A stretch of 63,709 bases of DNA, filler included, from Reclinomonas americana ATCC 50394 (Eukaryota), in assembly GCA_048213135.1 (NCBI GenBank). It is 16 parts of 16 records of this genome, joined end to end, with 100 filler letters (N's around TTAATTAATTAA, not from the genome) between each part and the next. Parts side by side here need not be neighbours in the genome. Positions count along the whole stretch, not along the records: positions 23,513 to 25,169 come from AFZH01018863.1; positions 25,270 to 27,511 come from AFZH01018864.1; positions 27,612 to 30,712 come from AFZH01018865.1; positions 30,813 to 33,092 come from AFZH01018867.1; positions 33,193 to 35,247 come from AFZH01018868.1; positions 35,348 to 36,512 come from AFZH01018869.1; positions 36,613 to 44,489 come from AFZH01018871.1; 9 more parts are not named here. The stretch is one strand, 5' to 3'. Position 1 is the stretch's first letter, and each line of letters opens with the position of its first letter. Below the pieces are notes generated by a model that saw nothing but the letters and a program-made list of their open reading frames with translations, searched no databases and had not been told where the DNA came from. Positions 24,755 through 36,767 of this stretch are shown here, in pieces. The position numbers and the translations under genes were made by a program.

Positions 24755-25005
24755 TTACAGCACGTTGCAGCCGCCCTTGCGTCTCGGGGCGGGCGGTTCA
24801 GATCCACGCTCGATTTCGGCGAGCAGAGTCTTGAAAACATTGGCTGGAGGTGGCGAGGTAATGAGGGACAACAAGCGGAGGAAAGAATGCGAATGAAGAG
24901 AGACGCACCAACTTGGTCGTGCGATTTGGCCGAGCATTCCACCACTGGGCACTTGAGACGCTCACCGAGGGCCACCAACTCCTCGTGCGTGACCATTCGT
25001 TGGCT
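24755..25005 (-). CDS. Ras-family small GTPase C-terminal exons (Rheb-like), 5' part missing
   Basis: RMVTHEELVALGERLKCPVVECSAK (G5 motif)...VFKTLLAEIER...KGGCNVL* (CaaX box). Confidence 0.8.
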
Positions 25006-25049
25006 GTGGGGTCGCACTCAAGGGTGAGGTCGATGAAAGGAACGCGAGG

Positions 25050-25080
<31 letters not shown>

Positions 25081-25269
25081 GAGAGGGAGAGGGAGAGGGA
25101 GAGGGAGAGGGAGAGGAGAGGAGAGGAGAGGAGAGGAGAGGAGAGGAGAGAGGAGAGGAGAGGGAGAGANNNNNNNNNNNNNNNNNNNNNNNNNNNNNNN
25201 NNNNNNNNNNNNNTTAATTAATTAANNNNNNNNNNNNNNNNNNNNNNNNNNNNNNNNNNNNNNNNNNNN

Positions 25270-26051
25270 TGAAAGGCCACACGAGTGTGGTGTCAGCAGT
25301 GGCAGTGACACCCGATGGCCAGCGCATTGTGAGTGGCAGTCATGACATGACTGTACGGGTGTGGTCACTGGCCAGTGGCAAGGAGGTGCTGCGACTGGAA
25401 GGCCATACGAGGGAGGTGTGCGCAGTGGCAGTCACGCCCGATGGGCAGCATATTATTAGTACCAGTAAGGACGAGACTGTGCGGTTGTCGTCACTGGCAA
25501 GTGGCGAGGAGGTGCGCCGATTGAAAGGCCACACGGCTGCGGTGCTTGCAGTGGCAGTGACACGCGATGGCCAGCACATTGTGAGTGGCAGTGGGGACGA
25601 GACTGTTCGGGTGTGGTCACTGGCAAGTGGCGCGGAGGTGCGCCGACTGGAAGGCCACACGAGTACGGTGCGCGCAGTGGCGGTGACACCCGATGGAAAG
25701 CACATTGTTAGTGGCAGTTATGACGAGACTGTGCGGGTGTGGTCGGTGGCAAGTGGCGAGGAGGTGCGCCGGCTGGCAGGGCACACACATTGGGTACGTG
25801 CAGTGGCAGTAACTCCCGATGGCCAGCACATTGTGAGTGGCAGTTGGGACAATACTATACGGGTGTGGCCCACGACGCGCGGGCATGCCCGCGCCGAGCT
25901 GCAGGCCGTCAGCGACGCCCACCAAGCCGTACGCGAGATCCAACCAGCTGTCGATGCTGCCGATGACAGACGATGTCTCGTGGAGATTGTGCTGCGCTGC
26001 TTCATCAGAGAGGATGCGATAGTCATTCTCTACCGTGCGCCAATCTTTTGA
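25270..26051 (+). CDS. Intronless WD40 protein with highly similar 42-aa repeats (5' partial)
   Basis: Five 126-bp repeats GHT..V.AVAVTPDGQ.IVSGS.D.TVRVW followed by a short helical tail. Confidence 0.9.
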
Positions 26052-26826
26052 GTGCGTCGTGCGATGCCATTCTGCGCTGTGTCCATCCATGCTTGAGGGA
26101 AGAATGAAGAAGAAGGAAAGAGTTTTTTTTTACAATTCCCTTGTTTCTTTTACCTTCCCTTGTATATTACTTTTCTTTTGATAAAGAAGAAAGAATATAT
26201 ATACTACTTGATGATAGAAGATATGATCATGATGAGAGCAAAAGCAAAAAATTATTGTACACCTTTCCCTTGTTTAAATTTATTCTTTTCTTTTGAATGA
26301 AAGAGAGATATGAAACAGAACGCGATCGACATCATCACCCATCGAGCATCGCCGACCGAGCAGCACAGAACTAAAGCCATCATCCAACGAGCATCATCGA
26401 TAAATCCATCGACAGCAGCAGGTGGTCTCTCGCACCAACAAATTTAAACGAGCAACAGCTGTTTTGCAATTGATCGCAAGTAATCAACAGAAACACCTGT
26501 CTTGAGGGCAGCGCTAGCAGCAGGTTCTCTTGTGCGTGTGTTCGTTCTTGGAGCTTTGACATACAGGCAATTCGCGATTGCTTGGAAAAGGGAGCATGCA
26601 CAATATTAGTGAGCACAACGAAAAGCCGACGAATCACAGCAACGCTCCGAAGAAACCTGCAGGTGCCTCAAGACATGGACATCACCTGCTTCCGGATCTC
26701 CGTGTATCACCACAGCAGAGTACCGACCAGGTGGCTTGCTCTCCAAACCAACAGAAGCGAACTGTCAGACTACCCTCCTCTCTCCAAAACAACCCGCTCA
26801 CCACTTTTCTGCTTTCGCCTTCACTG

Positions 26827-27333
26827 CTACTTTGATTCGACAATCACGGTCAGAATCGTGTTGGGCGAGATGTTTGCCGCATGCACAATCTCCACAATGT
26901 ACGGCATGGTCGCCGAGTAGCGCCACGAGGCCGCCGACGGCGGGTCGATGGTCAGCACGAATCCTGCGCGCGCGTGCAGCGAGTGAGCCGGAAGGTCACA
27001 CTCACACATTCCTCCATCAACCTCCCTTTCACCCACGCACCGTTCGGGTAGCGCCACTTTGTCGGCACCACCAACTCCGTCGGCAGCTTGCACGCCGTCG
27101 ACGCCTCGTACACCAACTCGGCGTACGATGTGGTATGATTGAAACTGAAATGCAGCGTCCGTCCGGCCACTGCCTGTGCGTACACGCGCGTGTACTGCAG
27201 CACTTGGTCGGGAAGCAGGCACTCCTCCAGGGTGCCGTTGCACGGCAAGTACGGGCCGTTGGTCTTGAACAGACCGGGGTTGTCCCAGGTGATGTTGGCG
27301 AACCTGCGGGGTGAGCGGGAGAAGGAGAAGTCA

Positions 27334-27389
<56 letters not shown>

Positions 27390-30300
27390 GAGAGAGGAGA
27401 GAGAGAGAGAGAGACGAGAGTACGTCTCTCTCACTCTCGTCGTACGACGACGAGGTAGTACGTACGAGCGAGTCGCGAGTAGACGACGAGGTCGCGACCG
27501 ACGTAGAACGANNNNNNNNNNNNNNNNNNNNNNNNNNNNNNNNNNNNNNNNNNNNTTAATTAATTAANNNNNNNNNNNNNNNNNNNNNNNNNNNNNNNNN
27601 NNNNNNNNNNNGAGAGAGAGAGAGAGAGGAGGAGGAGGAGGAGGACGTAAAGGCGAGGAAGTGGAGCACAGGAGTTTCACTCTCCATCTCTCGTGCTCTC
27701 AGAGAAGGAGAAGACAAGGAAAGAGAGAGAGGCAGGGACACGGAAATAGAAGGAGCAAAGGTGAGGGAGATAGTGGGAGGAAGTGAAGCAAAGAAAATTC
27801 ACTCTCCATCTCTCATGCTCTCAGCAGGAACGGGAGAAGGAGAAGACAAGGAGAGAGAGAGAGGGAGAGGCGGAGGAGGGATCAAAGGTGAGGAAGTGAG
27901 ACACAGGAAATTCACTCTCCATCTCCGAGAAGGAGAAGACAAGGAGAGAGAGAGAGAGAGGAGGAGGAGGTAGTAAAGGCGAGGAAGTGAGATACAGGAA
28001 ATTCACTCTCCAACTCTCGTGCTCTCCGAGAAGGAGAATACAAGGAAAGAGAGAAAGAGGCAGGGACACGGAGAAAGAAGGAGGAGGAAGTGAATTCACT
28101 GTCTCCATTCACAGCAAGAAAGGGAGAAACATCTGCCACACTCAACCATATCTCTCTCTTGCTTCTTGCACACACTTCATCGCCAATCTAACAGATCGCC
28201 TCTATGTCTCAAAGTCTGTTGCTCAGCACTCATTCGATCGCAGACAGACACACAAATAACACAGGATCAGACGCAGACTGTTACACGCGGACAGAAAGTA
28301 AACCCAACAGCCTCGCAACCGCAACTCGTAAATTCCCACTCAGCAAGCAGCCGATAACCATGGCAACATAAATTCGTCTCTCTCTCTCTCTTTCTCTCTC
28401 TCTCTTTCCCTTCCCCACTCTCTCTCTTCCCCTTCTCTCTCCCTCCCTCCCTTCCCCAGCTCTTCCCCCATCCTCACCACTTGTAATCCCAGTGCATCCA
28501 ACTAAACCCATACTGATCGGCAACATCCAGCTGCCCGAATCCAGTCTCCGTCACCCACCCACCGGCACCGAGGCGCTTCATCTCCGCCAGTTTCATGGCG
28601 TAGTACTCGGGGTCGGGCGTCACATTCGATTCCACCGAGTTGTGGAACGCCAGCACCGACTTGGTGCGCCAGGCGTCTCCGCCCGGCACATGCGTGAACC
28701 CCGTGGCCTCCCCGATGCCCGTAAACTCCCACGTCACCGACTGGAACAACACAAGGTGCTCCTGGTCGACGGCGCGAATGGCGGTGGAGACCACGTCGTA
28801 GAGGGGTTGGAGGCGCTCGCGGTCCGCCACACCCGGCACGAGCAGGAGTGGGTCGGCGTAAATGTCGCCACTGCCAGCATATTGAGCGATTTATGAAAAG
28901 TGGGGAGACATGAGGAGCAGACGCACCACCATGGCTCATTGAGCAGCTCGTAGCCGACAACGTATGGCGACGATGCCCACTTGGCGGCCACAGTGCCCCA
29001 GACTGCGGTGAGAGAAAGTGAGAAGGGAGAAGGGAAAGAGGGGGAAGGAGAGGTGAAGAGAGTGGTGAAACGCAGTGCCTGTGGCGCCGGGGAGGTCTCT
29101 CTTTCTCACACATTGTTGCATCGCTATCGCCGGCTCCCTGTGGCACGCACACTCTCTTCCGCTTGCAGTCTCAAGTTTCCGCCATTCTTCTCCCTCGTCG
29201 CTATCGTGCACTCTCCCGTGTTAACAACATACACTCTCAGCCACATTGACTTTAGTAATTTCCCGTTTTCCTCCATCCTACTTCCTCTGTCGTTCTACAC
29301 GCATGCCGTCGCGCGGTGCCGCAAACTGGCTCTAATTTCAGTTTCGTCTCGCTCTTTCCTTTCTGTCATATCTTCCACTGCCACGACTACCTTTGTCGTG
29401 CTGCTTTCTCCTCTCGCCTTCCTCTCTCTCCTCGCTCTCCACCCTTTCCCTCCCCTCCCTCCCCTCATTTACCCCTTCCCTTGCTACTCACACTTGGCAA
29501 ACTTATCGCGCAGGCCATTGACATTGGTGTAGATGGCCTCGTACGAGCTGCTGGTCTCATACGTAAAGTGATACTCGGGCCAATCGTTCCCGTTGATGGC
29601 GTCGCATGTCTGTCGCGTGGGCATGCCCGTCGACGGATCCACCGGCACCGGCTTGTGCGTCAGCGGCAGCGGGAAATTGTTGGCGCCGGCCTTGGGCTGC
29701 ACCGCCCACGGCGGCACACCCGTGCCGCACACCTTCTCGCTGAGCGCATCCTGATGCGAGTCGAGCACCGAGTAGATGCCGTACTGCGAACCGGCGCGCT
29801 CGACAATCTTCGCCACCTGCTCCAGATAGGTTTGATTGTACTGGCCCTCCACTGGTTCTGCACCAGCCCACATCATGCCTGTGTGTGGGAGGAAGGAGAG
29901 AGAGAGAGAGAGAGAAGGAAGGGGGAGGGACGACTGAGGAGTCGATTGCGCTGCTTTCCCTCTTTCTCTCTGTTTGTGTATGGCGCCACGAAGTCGACGT
30001 CTCTCACTTTCTCATGTGCGGCAATCGTTGACGAAAGGGAGACAGAGATAATGGGTGGGAGAGAGCAAGGAAGGACACGTGAGAAGAGGAGAGATGACTT
30101 GCAAGGTGGAGAGTGCACAAGAGAACAGGATGCTCAGTGACAGAGGAAGAAGCAGAGATGTCACTCCTGCAACACTTTGTTGCTTTCCTTTTGCACTCTT
30201 TCCATTTTGCAAGCATGAGTGGAGAATGCACAAAAGAACAGGATGCTCAGGGAGAGAGGAAGAAACAGAGAAGTCACTCCTGCAACACTTTCTTGCTTTC

Positions 30301-30710
30301 CTTTCGCACTCTTTTCCATTCTCGTGTGCTCTCCCGTCGCTGTTGCCCACCTTTTCTCGCTCTAGTTTAGAATTGCCTCTCACCCCTCTCTTCTTTCAGT
30401 TTCGCTCTGCCTCTCTCGCTCTCAGTCAGCTGCTCCCCTCAGCATGACTGCCATACGACTGAATCTCTCCCGCTGTGATGCACAATCGCTCTCACATGGC
30501 TTTCCCCTTGCTTGTCTCTCACCAAGACGAATGACATTGTATCCCATCGACTGCATCAACGCCATGTCCTCGTCACAAAACGACCACTGCGCGTCGAACT
30601 TGTCGGTACGCGGATACCACGGAAAGCGCTTGGTCACCACTGCGAAGAAAGGGGTAAAATGATCAAGGGAAACCCAAGGCAAATGTGATGGCTAATGCGG
30701 AGAAACTCAC
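26827..30710 (-). CDS. GH5 endoglycoceramidase-like glycoside hydrolase (5' partial, spans a gap)
   Basis: GYNVIRLGMMWAGAEP...YNQTYL...VLDSHQD...GVPPW, acid/base GYELLNEP, nucleophile WVTETG, SWMHWDYK, TRVYAQAVAG. Confidence 0.88.
27640..28110. repeat. Imperfect intronic tandem repeat in the GH5 gene
   Basis: Recurrent aaattcactctccatctc...gaaggagaagacaagga blocks. Confidence 0.7.
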
Positions 30711-31849
30711 CGNNNNNNNNNNNNNNNNNNNNNNNNNNNNNNNNNNNNNNNNNNNNTTAATTAATTAANNNNNNNNNNNNNNNNNNNNNNNNNNNNNNNN
30801 NNNNNNNNNNNNCGTAGTCAGGAGAGGAACTTGGTCATCAAGACAGCTGTTGCTTGTTTGCTGTTGTACATGTACACATCGGTATCGTCAGCTGCAGCAG
30901 GGTGTCCTCGACTTTGCGTTCGCTCCTCTCCTCTTCTGCCACATGACTTCACCAGCAAAGCGCTTGCTTTCAGCGTCGGGATGGTGCTGGCGGGCAATCA
31001 AAGGCGACCCCCATCCCGGAAGCAAGAATTCATTCGTATGTTCTCTCTTCTGATCAGCAGGTTTCGTGCAACTCTCTCTCACTCTCTCTTTCTCTCCTCC
31101 TCCTCCTCCTCTCAGCTTGGAACCCCACCTGTAGCAACTGTCTGATGCATCGCTCCATTGGCATTGCGTCGTGTTCGAAAACTCAAAACGCTTACGTTTT
31201 CCTTGTTCACGAGAAATCCCGGACAACGACATGCACGGTCGTCCTCCCGCACACACACACGCACTCCCGTTGCAATCAAGTGCGTGTTGCATCAGTGTCG
31301 ACACTGGAAGACTTCACATTGTCCGCCCATTCTCATGCATCACTCCGTCATGCCGTGCAACGGTCCACTCACACTCACACTCACTCTCCCTCTCTCTTTC
31401 TCTCTCTCTGTTCTTCACACACGCGTACGCGGACATTTGCTGTCCATCGCACCACCGAGTGCACGCACGTCTCGTCATTCCACGAACTGCCGCCGGTTGC
31501 CTGCAACCAATCGCATGCGCAGAAAAACGCGTGCTCATGATTGATTGTCAGGAATTGCTCCTGTGTTTGTGTGCGTGCATCAGTGCGGACAAAGATACAC
31601 TCGTGTGTGTACGTGCACACACAGAGAAGGCGCGAGAGGCGCACACACGCGAAAGACAAAGTGAGAATGAATCACGCGTCATCAACTCAACGGTTTTGAG
31701 TTGTACTTTCCCGAAAAAAGTATTGTTGTCAATCGACGTGTAGTGCGAGAGGAGGCAACCGACACACACACACACACTCTCTACACTTCATGTCCACGCC
31801 ACCGCGTGTCGCCTGTGTGCTCTCACTACCCAACATCTTCGCCGAGCGC

Positions 31850-31882
<33 letters not shown>

Positions 31883-31980
31883 CATGCACGCACTGCGCCA
31901 CCTTCGCCCACTTCGACACACACCTCCTCTGATCAGCAGCAGCAGCAACGGTGTGGCAGCGCCAGTCGACGAACTGCTCT

Positions 31981-33092
31981 GATGGAATACATGGACGCAA
32001 CAGCGGTGCGGAGTCAACGACGATCGTCGCTCACTGGTGCAGCCTCCTCCACAAAGCAGCACCAAGTCGTTGACTTGTACGATTTGCTTGTTGGCGGTGG
32101 AGGTGCAAGTCGCGCACCTCCTCCTATGCCTGCTCCTCCTCCTCCTCCTCCTCCTGTACAAGAGGCACGACTGCGATTGCCGCGACTGCCGCTCATTGAT
32201 CGACTGTCGCAGCAGCAGCAGGATCGAGTCATGGCGATTCACTCAGATCGACCCTCGGCGCCTCTCAAGTCGCGCCCTTCGGCTGCTGGTGGTGTGCAGC
32301 TCATCATGCCACCGCCTCCGTCGACTGCGGTGAGTCCTTTGCCTGTCTGCTCACGACCGCGGAGTGCGAGAAAGATGCTAAACGCGGTGTGCTGGGGCAG
32401 AGGAACAAGGAGAAGGAGGACAACTATGAGCCGCTGCCGACGATTCGACGACGTGTGTATACTGCGCGGGTGCCGGTCCCACCGGTTGGCATGTACTCTA
32501 CACCAGAGTTGCGTGGAATGTGTGTCTGTCTTGTACATGCGTGAGGGGCACTCAATTATTAGGCGGACATGCAGAGATGATCCTCGACATCAGCAGCAGC
32601 AGACTCCGCGAGCTGGGCAGCCGCCGTCTCTGCCGCTGGCGTCGATGGCGTCCATGGTTGCTGCGTGTGGGACAACAGGTGCTTTGGGATCGGCAAGGCG
32701 GCCACTGTCGTTGTTGCCGAGATGACATTCGTAATATGGCAATCAATCAATTGGGAGGACGTCGTCTGTAAATAACAAAGACTGACTTGTGGTGGTAGCG
32801 CGGTAATGAACACGCTCTGCATAATAGCATCGGCTTCTAATACTCGCCGCGCGAGGTTTTCTATTACGGTTTCTTTGCGAGACCAAATATGCGCATGTGG
32901 CCACGTGCCTGCTCCACTTCGTCGCGCCCGTATCTGCACAGGCGCTTCCGCAGCGGCTCCAGCAGCGCCGCCTCGCGTTGCGTCACCTCAATTCCTTCCT
33001 CTACTTCGGGTTCCGGCACGGTCTCTGCCATTGTCGCCTCGCCGTCGTCGACGGCAGCCGCCGCCGCCGCCGCCTCCTCCTCCGAGTCACGC
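31981..33092 (+). CDS. Hypothetical low-complexity Pro/Ser/Gln-rich protein (3' partial)
   Basis: ATG-initiated, coding-like ORF (MEYMDATAVRSQ...) with plausible GT-AG introns. No recognisable domain. Confidence 0.4.
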
Positions 33093-33192
33093 NNNNNNNN
33101 NNNNNNNNNNNNNNNNNNNNNNNNNNNNNNNNNNNNTTAATTAATTAANNNNNNNNNNNNNNNNNNNNNNNNNNNNNNNNNNNNNNNNNNNN

Positions 33193-36135
33193 GGCTGCGG
33201 CGTCCAGCGCACACACCGCGTCCACCGGCAACCCGAGGGTCCGGCGCCATTCGCTTCGACGGGCGATGATGCTGCCCCTGGTGCTGGCGGCGGTGGCGGT
33301 GGCGGTGGTGGTGGCATGGTGGCGAGCCAGCCCTCGATTTCTATTGATTTGGGGGTGAGTGTCAGAAACGCAGCAAAAACGGCGTCCCAGACAGCAGACA
33401 TACCCGCGGTAGGGACGGTTGCCGCCGTGCTGGAAGCTGTCGTGCTCTGGATCTCAATCAACTCCAGCCACTGTGCAAGGCCAGTCAGACCATGAATGGA
33501 GCGGAGAGAGACACAAATAGGGAACGGAGGGACAAGGGACAGAAGTGCGGAGACCAGAGACATTGATGGAGTGAGAGACGAAGCACACACAAGAAGATAT
33601 AAATGCGGAAACTGAGGCATTCTGTGACGGGGAGCAACCAAAGAACTGAGGAACGAGGGATACTGCAGGCGGAGGACTTGTGGGAGCACAGAGAGACAAA
33701 GGATGGCAACACAGAGGAAGACTGCAATGAACACAACCAAAGAAACTGAGGAAAGAGGGACACTGCAGACAGAGGACTTGCGGGAGCACAGCGAGATAAA
33801 GGATGGCAACGCAGAGGAAGATAGAAGTGCAGAGATTCAGGGATACTGAGACGGGAAGAGGAGGGACGGAAGCACAAGGGGATCAAGAATAGCAACACAA
33901 AGACGGAATGCAGAGACAGACGCAACCAGATGCACTGAGCGGATTAGGAGACACAGTGACGGGCAGAGGGGAGACGGAAAGCCAAAGGGATAAAGAGCAG
34001 CACCTAAGGATGGATGCATTTACAGAGATGCAGAGACAGACGCAACCAGATGCATTGAGAGGTCGATAGACACTGTGGCGGACGGAAACCGACAAAGGAC
34101 AAGGAGAGATGTACAATACAGCAGAATTCGCGGTCAAATGCTGAGAAAAAGAGCAAAGAGAGAGAGAGAAAATGGAGCATATCGAAACTCCCCATACCCC
34201 CTTTGCCTTCCCTCCTCCACTCTCACCGTCCGTTCACTGTCGGTAAGTTGATGCGCCTGGGCTCGTGCAAACAGAATCCGACCAATGCGACGCACCAAAC
34301 GCGCGCATCTGCACACCTCGTCACAACACTGGCTCACTCACAGCGTGAATGGAAGAAGAGTACGCAACTCGGCAAGCGGATTGTGACGCAGCGAGGCCCA
34401 CAAGCGCGACAGACCGAGAAGTTTCGGCAGCGATAGTGTGTCAACGAACTTGGCGAGGATGTAATCGGTGATGATCGTGCCGAGTTTGCGCATCTGGGCG
34501 ACAAGCAGGTGCTTGGTGAGCGACAGGCACATCAACGGCGAATGGAAACGTCTCTTCCTTTCGTCTTCTTCCCTTCGTTCTCCTTCCCTCCTCCTTCTCT
34601 TTCTTCTCCTCCTTCTCCTTCTCCTCTTCGCTCTCTTCTTCTCTCTCTTATTTTTTCCCTTCCCCTCTTCGCTCTCTCTCCTCTCCCTTCTCTTCTCCTC
34701 CTTCTCTTCCCCTCCTCAACTTCTTCTTCTCTTCGCTCTCCGTCCCTCGTCCTCCTCGTCCTCTCTCCTTCCTCTTTTCTATCGCTTCCTCTTATCTATC
34801 TCTTCCTCCTTCTCCTTCTTCTCTTTGCTCTCTCCTTCTCTCTCTTTTCCTTTCTCCTTCCTCTTCTCTGTCTCCTCGTCTCCTTCTCCTTCTTCTCTTC
34901 GCTCTCCCTCCTCTCCCTTCTCCTTCTCCCTCTCCTCGCCCTCCCTCTTCCTCAACTCCTGCATCAGCGGTGGAGGACCACAGCGCGCGCGCCAGGTGCG
35001 CGATAAGCGACGTGGAGAAATGCGGCCACGCCACGCGGCACCGCTGCAGCAGGGCATCCCACAGCCGAAAGTCAAAGTTGTCCGGCGACCCTCTGCCCAA
35101 CAAATCAGCACAAACCAAAAAAAGCAAAACACTCTCTTTTCTTGCATCGCCTCACCTGGACGACCACGACTCAATCATGGCCTCGCACAAGGCCGGGCAC
35201 AGCACATCATCGACATTGTTGTAACTCGTCACGTGCACCAAACGACCNNNNNNNNNNNNNNNNNNNNNNNNNNNNNNNNNNNNNNNNNNNNTTAATTAAT
35301 TAANNNNNNNNNNNNNNNNNNNNNNNNNNNNNNNNNNNNNNNNNNNNAAGCAGCGCTGCGGAGCAACAACAGTTGGTCATCACACACAGCACTCTTCCCC
35401 ATCACAAACACACGCGCGCACCACGCATCGGGTCCACATCCTCATCCTCCTCCACATTGCCGTCCACACTCGCCTCCTCGTCCTCCACATCCTCGTCGCC
35501 ATCGACGGGGTCCTGCACCATCAGGCCCTCGACATCGGGTTCCACCTCGCGCCCGCCACCACCGTGCGGTCGCTCGTACAAACCAAGCAGCGCCGCCATA
35601 CTCGACCGCTTGCTGCTCGCCGCCGCCGCCGCCGCCGCCAAACCCGGCGACGACACCGACACGAACGCAGCAGCCCCACCACTCTGCGTCTGCATCGCCA
35701 CATACGAGCTCACCAAGCGCACAATCGCCGCCTTGCGCTCCTCCAAGTACGCCGCCTGCTGCTCCCAGTAGCTCTCACGCAGCCACACCAGCGCCTGCCG
35801 CCTGGCCAGTCGCAGCGTCGACCACGACGGCAGCGCACCATGCGTGGCCGCGTGTCGCACATTGACCAGCAGCGGAGGCAATCGCATGCGCTCCGCACGC
35901 AGTCGCACCGACGACGCCGTGGCGCCCTGCGTCTGATCCACGAGTCCATTCACTAGTCGCACAATGGCCATGCACAGTGTCAGTCGCCGATGCTGGCGAT
36001 CCGCGGACGACAGTGATGCCTTCTTGTCATCGTCGTCGTCGTCATTGTCGTTGTCGTCGAGTTGTGACTGGAGGAGGTCGCAGGTCACGTCGGCTGCCAC
36101 GGGAATGCGACCGCGGGAGCGCCACATGTGTAGCT
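33193..36135 (-). CDS. LAS1: LAS1 pre-rRNA HEPN endoribonuclease (partial, spans a gap)
   Basis: WRSRGRIPVAADVT...LCMAIVRLVNGLVD...LPPLLVNVRHAATHGALPS...ALVWLRESYW (HEPN RHxxxH). Downstream WDALL...WPHF and W...WTPQ fit the C-terminal region. Confidence 0.88.
33500..34100. repeat. Imperfect intronic repeats in LAS1
   Basis: Duplicated accaaagaactgaggaa..gaggga.actgcag and gcagagacagacgcaaccagatgca blocks. Confidence 0.65.
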
Positions 36136-36392
36136 GCAAGGGACAAAAGGGAAAGCGAGAGGGAGAAGGAGAGAGAAGGGCGAGGCAGAGGAAAGGGAGA
36201 GGGGAGTGAGTGAGAGGGTGTGTGTGAGAGTGAGTGAGTGAGTGAGTGAGTGAGTGTGAGTGTGGAGAGAGAGAGTGTGTGTGTGAGTGAGAGCGAGTGA
36301 GTGTGAGTGTGGAGAGAGAGGGAGTGTGAGTGAGTGAGTGACTGAGTGAATGCATGCATGAATCAATGCATTCTTCCGCTCCACTCATCCCT

Positions 36393-36478
<86 letters not shown>

Positions 36479-36695
36479 GTTACTACTACAACATAGTGAG
36501 TCGTTCCGTTTCNNNNNNNNNNNNNNNNNNNNNNNNNNNNNNNNNNNNNNNNNNNNTTAATTAATTAANNNNNNNNNNNNNNNNNNNNNNNNNNNNNNNN
36601 NNNNNNNNNNNNTCTCTCTCTCTCTCTCTCCTCCTTCCTTCCTTCGTTTTCGTTTCTTCTTCTCTACTACGTCTCTCCTCCTCCTCCTACCTCTA

Positions 36696-36753
<58 letters not shown>

Positions 36754-36767
36754 GAAGCTCGAATCGT

